A DNA stretch of 33,896 bases from Nitrosospira sp. (GTDB taxonomy: Bacteria; Pseudomonadota; Gammaproteobacteria; Burkholderiales; Nitrosomonadaceae): positions 1 to 33,896 of the forward strand of contig JBDTWQ010000145.1 in the NCBI GenBank assembly GCA_040006595.1, given 5' to 3'. Below the pieces are notes generated by a model. The model saw nothing but the letters and a program-made list of their open reading frames with translations, ran no database searches and had not been told where the DNA came from. Shown piece by piece: positions 28,193 to 33,896 of the stretch (positions within the stretch are counted from its first letter, which is position 1; every line of letters starts with the position of its first letter). The translations under genes were made by a program, and so were the position numbers.

Positions 28193-30448
28193 ATGTCTTC
28201 CCTACTTTCAGCATTAAATCCTGAACAACTTGAAGCCGTTACCCTACCGCATCAGTCAGCGCTGGTGCTGGCGGGCGCAGGCAGCGGCAAGACGCGGGTG
28301 CTTACTACCCGTATTGCGCATTTAATCCAGTCTGGTCAAGCCAGCCCTCACGGAATACTGGCTGTCACTTTCACTAACAGGGCGTCGAAAGAAATGCTCA
28401 CCCGTATTTCTTCCCTGCTGCCGATCAATACGCGTGGTATGTGGCTAGGCACTTTCCACGGCCTATGTAATCGCATGCTACGCGCCCACTATCAGGATGC
28501 CGGATTGCCACAGGCGTTTCAGATCCTGGATTCCGCCGATCAGTTGGCGGTTATCAAGCGTATCCTGAAAAGTCTCGGTGCGGACGACGAAAAATTTCCC
28601 CCTCGCCAAGTGCAATGGTTCATCAATAACGCAAAGGAAGAAGGGCTCAGAGCATCGCAGGTGGAAACTTACGACGACTTCACACGCAAGATGGTCGAGT
28701 TTTACCTGTTTTACGAGCAACAATGCAATAAAGAAGGTGTGGTGGATTTCGCTGAGCTGTTGCTGCGCAGTTATGAGTTGCTAACTCGCAACGAACACCT
28801 GCGCGAGCATTATCGTGGCCGGTTTGACCATATTCTGGTGGATGAATTTCAGGATACTAACCGGTTGCAATATAAATGGCTAAAGCTGCTCGCCGGTGAC
28901 CGGGCTGCTGTATTTGTGGTTGGCGATGACGATCAGAGTATATATGCGTTTCGTGGCGCGAACACCGGTAACATGAAAGATTTTGAGAGAGATTTCCGCA
29001 TTTCCAAAATCATCAAACTGGAGCAAAACTATCGCTCGCATGGCAATATCCTGGATGCTGCCAACACGCTGATACGCAACAATAGCGGTCGTCTCGGCAA
29101 AAATCTCTGGACTTCGGAAGGGCACGGAGAGCTGATAAGAGTGTATAACGCTCCGACCGATTTTGATGAAGCGACATTCATCATCGAGGAGGTGAAATTA
29201 CTTCGTGCAGAAGGCGTGGCATTATCCCAGATGGCGTTGCTTTACCGTTCCAACGCACAATCACGGGTGCTGGAGCATGCTTTGTTCAATGCCTCATTGG
29301 CTTATCGGGTATATGGCGGCATGCGTTTCTTCGAACGACAGGAGATCAAGCATGCTTTGGCCTACTTGCGCCTGATAGCCAACCCCCAGGATGATAACGC
29401 GCTGCTCCGGATCGTCAACTTTCCCGTGCGCGGCATCGGTATGCGCAGCCTGGAACAGTTACAGGACGACGCCACGCGGCAAGGTGGAAGTTTGTGGGCA
29501 GCAATGCTACAGAAATGCAGGGCAGCCGGGACAGCGTTCATTCCAGGTTCGGGGGAGAGGGCTTCGACCAGGCTTGCGTTGAGTAACAAGGTGGATAAGC
29601 CAAAGAAAGGAGTTGAAGGTTTTGTTGCGCTGATCGAATCGATGCGCCAGGTTTGCGAAAAGCTGCCATTACCGGAAATTGTCGAACATATGCTGGAGCA
29701 TAGCGGACTGGTGGCACATTATCGCGCTGAACGCGAGGGAGCTGACCGGCTGGAGAATCTGAATGAATTAATAAATGCCGCTACCAGTTTTGTACATGAA
29801 GCCGAGGATGACAGTCTCATGGTATTTCTGGCTCATGCCTCGCTGGAGGCGGGTGAACATCAAGCTGGCGGCGGTCAGGACGCGCTCCAGTTGATGACGG
29901 TACATTCGGCCAAGGGACTGGAATTTCACAGCGTGTTCCTGAGCGGACTCGAAGAAGGCTTATTTCCCCACGATAACAGTCGCAACGAAGCTGGTGGCCT
30001 GGAAGAGGAACGGCGCTTAATGTATGTAGCTTTGACTCGGGCACGGCGTCGGTTGTATTTGAGCTTCGCCCAAAGCCGCATGCTGCATGGTCAGACCCGC
30101 TACAATATCCCTTCACGTTTCTTGCAGGAAATACCGGATAGCCTACTTAAGTGGCTACAGCCGGTGCAGAAGACAGCAATCAGGAATCAGGAGTGGGGGA
30201 TCAGGAATCAAGAACCCGTCCGGGTAGCCCCGGGATACGCTTCTGGTGCGCATACTGGCACATCGAACATTCGGGATTCTGCGGCATCTCAATGGAAGAT
30301 AGGGCAGAACGTGGCCCACGCCAAGTTTGGTGCGGGCGTGATAGTAAATTGCGAGGGTCATGGGGCTGATGCTCGCGTTGAGGTCAAATTTGGCCGCGCT
30401 GGCACGAAGTGGTTGTCGCTGGAATATGCCAAGCTGGTTCCTGCCTGA
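28193..30448 (+). CDS. uvrD: DNA helicase II (UvrD)
   Basis: LAGAGSGKT, VDEFQDTN, VGDDDQSIY, LEQNYRS, MTVHSAKGLEF, EERRLMYVALTRA; C-terminal Tudor-like HAKFGAG. Confidence 0.96.
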   Translation: MSSLLSALNPEQLEAVTLPHQSALVLAGAGSGKTRVLTTRIAHLIQSGQASPHGILAVTFTNRASKEMLTRISSLLPINTRGMWLGTFHGLCNRMLRAHYQDAGLPQAFQILDSADQLAVIKRILKSLGADDEKFPPRQVQWFINNAKEEGLRASQVETYDDFTRKMVEFYLFYEQQCNKEGVVDFAELLLRSYELLTRNEHLREHYRGRFDHILVDEFQDTNRLQYKWLKLLAGDRAAVFVVGDDDQSIYAFRGANTGNMKDFERDFRISKIIKLEQNYRSHGNILDAANTLIRNNSGRLGKNLWTSEGHGELIRVYNAPTDFDEATFIIEEVKLLRAEGVALSQMALLYRSNAQSRVLEHALFNASLAYRVYGGMRFFERQEIKHALAYLRLIANPQDDNALLRIVNFPVRGIGMRSLEQLQDDATRQGGSLWAAMLQKCRAAGTAFIPGSGERASTRLALSNKVDKPKKGVEGFVALIESMRQVCEKLPLPEIVEHMLEHSGLVAHYRAEREGADRLENLNELINAATSFVHEAEDDSLMVFLAHASLEAGEHQAGGGQDALQLMTVHSAKGLEFHSVFLSGLEEGLFPHDNSRNEAGGLEEERRLMYVALTRARRRLYLSFAQSRMLHGQTRYNIPSRFLQEIPDSLLKWLQPVQKTAIRNQEWGIRNQEPVRVAPGYASGAHTGTSNIRDSAASQWKIGQNVAHAKFGAGVIVNCEGHGADARVEVKFGRAGTKWLSLEYAKLVPA
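30178..30212 (+). repeat. Heptamer tandem repeat inside uvrD
   Basis: AATCAGG AATCAGG AGTGGGG GATCAGG AATCAAG, encoding IRNQEWG-IRNQE. Confidence 0.7.
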
Positions 30449-30474
30449 AACAAATATGACAGACGCCCTTCAGA

Positions 30475-31194
30475 TTATGCAGATTCATCTGCTCCGAAAA
30501 TATCCTTATAGCTTGCATAAATAGAGGCAAACAGGGTTGGCACGAGTACGAATAATCCCAGGCCATACGGTATTGAAGCGATTATCATCAGCACCACAAG
30601 CGTAACACCATAAATCTGGAATGCGATAATATTTTTCAGGCAAGCAATAAAACTGAGCCGCATTGCATCCACTGCGGACATATCCTTGAATATCACCAGT
30701 AAAGGCGCGAACCAGGCAGCCATCATTAGCGGGATGGATAGCATTAGCGCAACCAGCAGCGCAGACAGGCCGCTATTCATGACATCTTTCAACTCATTTT
30801 CGTCGACTCTCTTTCCATCCATCAGCAGACCCATCATTACTTCGCCCCCGATCAGCATCGCCACCCCGAGAATCAACACCTGTCCTACCAGATAAATTCC
30901 CCCTATAGTGATCAGCGGGCCAGACGTGTTACGGAAGCCTGCGAGCAAATGAGTCATCTCCAGCTTGTCGCCGTGTTCCAGAGCCTTGCATCCTATCATC
31001 AGTCCGGCTAGAAACACGGGTGACAGGAGGGTGAAAATAAATTGCCCCGCCATGGGGATGAGCGATAGCGTCGCGGCAATCAGAAGCAAGGTGGTGCATA
31101 GTAAAATCCAAACCAGTGGAACCTGGCGGAATAGAAAGAAGCCGGTCACTATCCATTGCCATCCTTGTTTTGCATCGACTTGCCTGACTTCCAT
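30475..31194 (-). CDS. Integral membrane protein (BPSS1780 family-like)
   Basis: GWQWIVTGFFLFR, WFAPLLVIF, SFIACLKN, SIYASYKDIF; several TM helices. Start may be ATG 31194 or GTG 31227. Confidence 0.8.
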   Translation of the reverse strand: MEVRQVDAKQGWQWIVTGFFLFRQVPLVWILLCTTLLLIAATLSLIPMAGQFIFTLLSPVFLAGLMIGCKALEHGDKLEMTHLLAGFRNTSGPLITIGGIYLVGQVLILGVAMLIGGEVMMGLLMDGKRVDENELKDVMNSGLSALLVALMLSIPLMMAAWFAPLLVIFKDMSAVDAMRLSFIACLKNIIAFQIYGVTLVVLMIIASIPYGLGLFVLVPTLFASIYASYKDIFGADESA

Positions 31195-31252
31195 TTTCCG
31201 TATCTCCGAGAGGGTAATGCCGGCCACCTAATCTTGACTTGCAGTTTACAGC

Positions 31253-32203
31253 TCAAACCCAAATCTGTGCCAGTCTCGAGTGAAATGCCGAATGGTTCTT
31301 CAGTATGCGCATGAAGTGAGTGGGATCCTTGGCGTGAGTAAGCTCTCCTAGACGCGGCAAGTGATAGTCATGCAGCCGCGATAACCAGAAGCGCAAAGCC
31401 CCGGCACGTAACATCACCGGCCAGGCACCGTGTTCGGTAGCAGTAAGCGGGCGGATACGGTGATATGCTTCGAGTAGAGACAATGTGCGCCCCACGTCCA
31501 GATCCCCATTTTCGCTCAGACACCAGTCGTTTGCGGTAATGGCGAGGTCGTACAGCAACGCATCGTTGCAGGCGAAATAGAAATCGATCACCCCGCCTAT
31601 CGAACCGTCAGAGAATAGTACATTGTCACGAAACAGGTCTGCGTGAATCACGCCCCGCGGCAGATTTTCGAAACGATATGACGACTGGAAGTGCAATTCT
31701 TCCGTGAGAATCTCTGTTTCCTCCGCCGTAAGAAAAGGCAGGACATCGGGTGCAGCAGCTATCCACCATTTTGGCCCCCGTGGATTTTCCATTTTTTCGG
31801 GGTAGGACATGCCGGACAAATGCATGTCCGCCAGGAGTGCGCCTACTTCGGCGCAATGTGCGATGGTGGGATGTTCCTGCGATTTTCCAGGCAAACAAGT
31901 AACGATGCTTGCTGGTTTACCGTTGAGTTTGCCAAGAAATTTGTTGTCGAGATCGGCTACTGGACAAGGACAAGGAATGCTGTGGCGCGATAAATACGCC
32001 ATGAGGTTCAAGTAATAGGGTAGATCGGAAGAGGTTAGCTTTTCAAAAAGGGTGAGAACATATTTGCCGTGACTGGTGGTGACGAAATAATTAGTATTCT
32101 CGATACCGGAGGAAATTCCCTCCAGATTAATCAGTGTGCCGAGAGCGTAGTTTCTCAGCCAGACGGAAAGCTGATGTTGGGTGACAGTAGTAAAAACGGA
32201 CAT
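31253..32203 (-). CDS. thrB: Homoserine kinase type II
   Basis: [48 protein letters not shown]. Confidence 0.95.
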   Translation of the reverse strand: MSVFTTVTQHQLSVWLRNYALGTLINLEGISSGIENTNYFVTTSHGKYVLTLFEKLTSSDLPYYLNLMAYLSRHSIPCPCPVADLDNKFLGKLNGKPASIVTCLPGKSQEHPTIAHCAEVGALLADMHLSGMSYPEKMENPRGPKWWIAAAPDVLPFLTAEETEILTEELHFQSSYRFENLPRGVIHADLFRDNVLFSDGSIGGVIDFYFACNDALLYDLAITANDWCLSENGDLDVGRTLSLLEAYHRIRPLTATEHGAWPVMLRAGALRFWLSRLHDYHLPRLGELTHAKDPTHFMRILKNHSAFHSRLAQIWV

Positions 32204-32269
32204 GAGCGAGAAAAAAAGGGAGGCAGAAGCACTATAAGTCGGCTCGATCTTACTGCCTTTTATGGAAAT

Positions 32270-32632
32270 TTAAAACTGGCGTATTACCCACATGGGGGGC
32301 CGAATGACTGGACCTTGATCGAGACCGCCGGTGGCGAATGTACCATCTCCATGATTGTCAATCAGGTAATAAGGCAGACCGATGCGGGGGGTAATCTTGA
32401 TCATGTAGAGCCGCCCGTTAATGCGATATTCCTCGACCTTATCCTCTCCGCGCTTGGTGATGGTAACCTGCGGTTCAAGCGAAGAGCTCTCTTCGTCAAC
32501 GCCAGGCGAAGGCAAGGCTAATTCGGGCGGTTCTGGCACTTCCGGCAGGGGCCGCAAGTCCTTGGGTTGAGTGGACTGCGCCGCGGCGGATAGTGCGGAG
32601 CTCAATAACAATGCAACGACTATTTGACGCAT
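32270..32632 (-). CDS. Exported protein, DUF2782-like
   Basis: Signal peptide, Pro-rich linker, EPQVTI...VEEYRINGRLYMIKITP...PYYLID...PPMWVI. Start placed at ATG 32632 behind GGAG. Confidence 0.82.
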   Translation of the reverse strand: MRQIVVALLLSSALSAAAQSTQPKDLRPLPEVPEPPELALPSPGVDEESSSLEPQVTITKRGEDKVEEYRINGRLYMIKITPRIGLPYYLIDNHGDGTFATGGLDQGPVIRPPMWVIRQF

Positions 32633-32687
32633 GGCGTCTCCGAACAAGGTCATACAATGTTCTATTCTATCTCATATGACACCGCTG

Positions 32688-33416
32688 TTACAGATTGAGT
32701 TGCACTTCGCGTTCGGCTGCGGAAGGCTCGAAGCCTAGAGTCTCGTAATACTGGAAGATTGCATTGACTACTTCGCCGGGTTCATCGATCACCTGTATCA
32801 AACCCATATCCTCTGACGCGATCATGCCCTCGGCTACGAGCGATTGCCTGAGCCAATCAAGCATGCCGCGCCAGAATTCCGAACAAACCAGAATGATCGG
32901 CATTTTACGGGTCTTGCCGGTCTGGACTAGCGTGAGCGCTTCCATCAGTTCATCTAGCGTGCCGAATCCGCCCGGTAGCACTACATAGGCTGTGGCGAAT
33001 TTCACAAACATATATTTGCGCGCAAAAAAATGGCGGAAAGTCTGGCTGACGTCCTGGTAAATATTGTGATGTTGCTCGTGAGGGAGCTGGATATTCAGGC
33101 CGACACTCGGCGATGTACCAAAATAAGCACCTTTGTTGGCCGCTTCCATGATACCTGGTCCGCCCCCGGAAATTACGGAAAAGCCAGCATCGGACAATTG
33201 ACGGGCGATCTGCTCGGTTAATTTATAGTTGGGATGATCGGGAAGCGTACGGGCACTGCCGAAAATACTGACTGCGGGACGAATCGAATTCAAGCGTTCC
33301 GTAGCCTCGACAAATTCTGCCATAATGCCGAATACGCGCCATGATTCTCTCGCTGACCAAGTTTTTTCCCGAAAATCATTTGTCATGGTAAGAGCTAATT
33401 TGTCTTGCGTGCTCAT
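32688..33416 (-). CDS. LOG family (TIGR00730) nucleotide phosphoribohydrolase
   Basis: VSIFGSAR, SGGGPGIMEA, RKYMF, PGGFGTLDE. Start at ATG 33416 or 33386. Confidence 0.92.
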   Translation of the reverse strand: MSTQDKLALTMTNDFREKTWSARESWRVFGIMAEFVEATERLNSIRPAVSIFGSARTLPDHPNYKLTEQIARQLSDAGFSVISGGGPGIMEAANKGAYFGTSPSVGLNIQLPHEQHHNIYQDVSQTFRHFFARKYMFVKFATAYVVLPGGFGTLDELMEALTLVQTGKTRKMPIILVCSEFWRGMLDWLRQSLVAEGMIASEDMGLIQVIDEPGEVVNAIFQYYETLGFEPSAAEREVQLNL

Positions 33417-33436
33417 CGGAAACCTTTGGAAGTTAA

Positions 33437-33896
33437 ATGAAGACATTGCTGCTGGTTGATGGTTCATCCTACCTGTATCGCGCTTTCCATGCGATGCCGG
33501 ATTTACGCAACCGCAATAACGAACCGACCGGCGCGATTTACGGCGTGCTCAACATGCTGCGCCGTTTGCACAAGGATTACCAAGCCCATTATAGCGCGTG
33601 CGTATTTGATGCAAAAGGCAAGACTTTCCGTGACGACCTCTACGCAGAATATAAATTGCACCGTCCGCCCATGCCGGACGATCTGGCGGCGCAGATTGCG
33701 CCGCTCCATGAGTGCATAAGTGCCATGGGGTGGCCAATGCTGATCGTGGAAGGTGTGGAGGCAGATGATGTGATTGGTACTCTGGCTAAACAAGCCGGAC
33801 GCGAAAACATACGTTGCGTAATTTCTACCGGCGATAAGGATATTGCGCAACTGGTGAATCCGCAAGTGACGCTGATCAATACCATGAGCAACGAAA
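33437..33896 (+). CDS. polA: DNA polymerase I, N-terminal 5'-3' exonuclease part (runs off the window; absent from the ORF track)
   Basis: Translated by hand from ATG 33437: [21 protein letters not shown]...PTGAIYG...[10 protein letters not shown]...EADDVIGT...[12 protein letters not shown]. Confidence 0.96.
   Translation, partial: MKTLLLVDGSSYLYRAFHAMPDLRNRNNEPTGAIYGVLNMLRRLHKDYQAHYSACVFDAKGKTFRDDLYAEYKLHRPPMPDDLAAQIAPLHECISAMGWPMLIVEGVEADDVIGTLAKQAGRENIRCVISTGDKDIAQLVNPQVTLINTMSNE

Noticed and set aside
1-33896. CRISPR array, prophage, intact IS or defence system
   Set aside because: No regularly spaced direct repeats, and no integrase, transposase, phage or defence-type ORFs recognised.

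Overview
A 33.9 kb stretch of mostly core betaproteobacterial chromosome. Gene order and a stand-alone phosphoribulokinase suggest an autotroph such as Nitrosospira (Nitrosomonadaceae); this is an inference. The left end holds an accessory block: a partial ankyrin-repeat gene converging on a two-gene unit encoding a probably exported di-heme c protein (RoxA/MauG-like) and a cytochrome P450. Housekeeping genes follow: RNB ribonuclease-tonB-aroE-mtgA-mgtE; lnt-glyQ-glyS-gmhB-plsC-M48-lptM-lysA; an orphan soluble histidine kinase; M23 peptidase-anmK; rplM-rpsI-argC-DUF6776-bactofilin-erpA; prk-uvrD; LOG-DUF2782-thrB-membrane protein; and the 5' part of polA. No rRNA, tRNA, CRISPR array or intact transposase was seen. 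Main leads: (1) the di-heme/P450 pair; (2) an 89-bp MITE-like element with perfect 19-bp inverted repeats just upstream of mgtE, plus a degenerate end of the same family overlapping the argC stop codon; (3) anmK has no canonical start codon upstream of its conserved N-terminal strand and is in frame with the M23 amber stop; (4) hairpin-forming intergenic repeats and repeat-like insertions in uvrD. All family calls come from motif recognition, not database searches.
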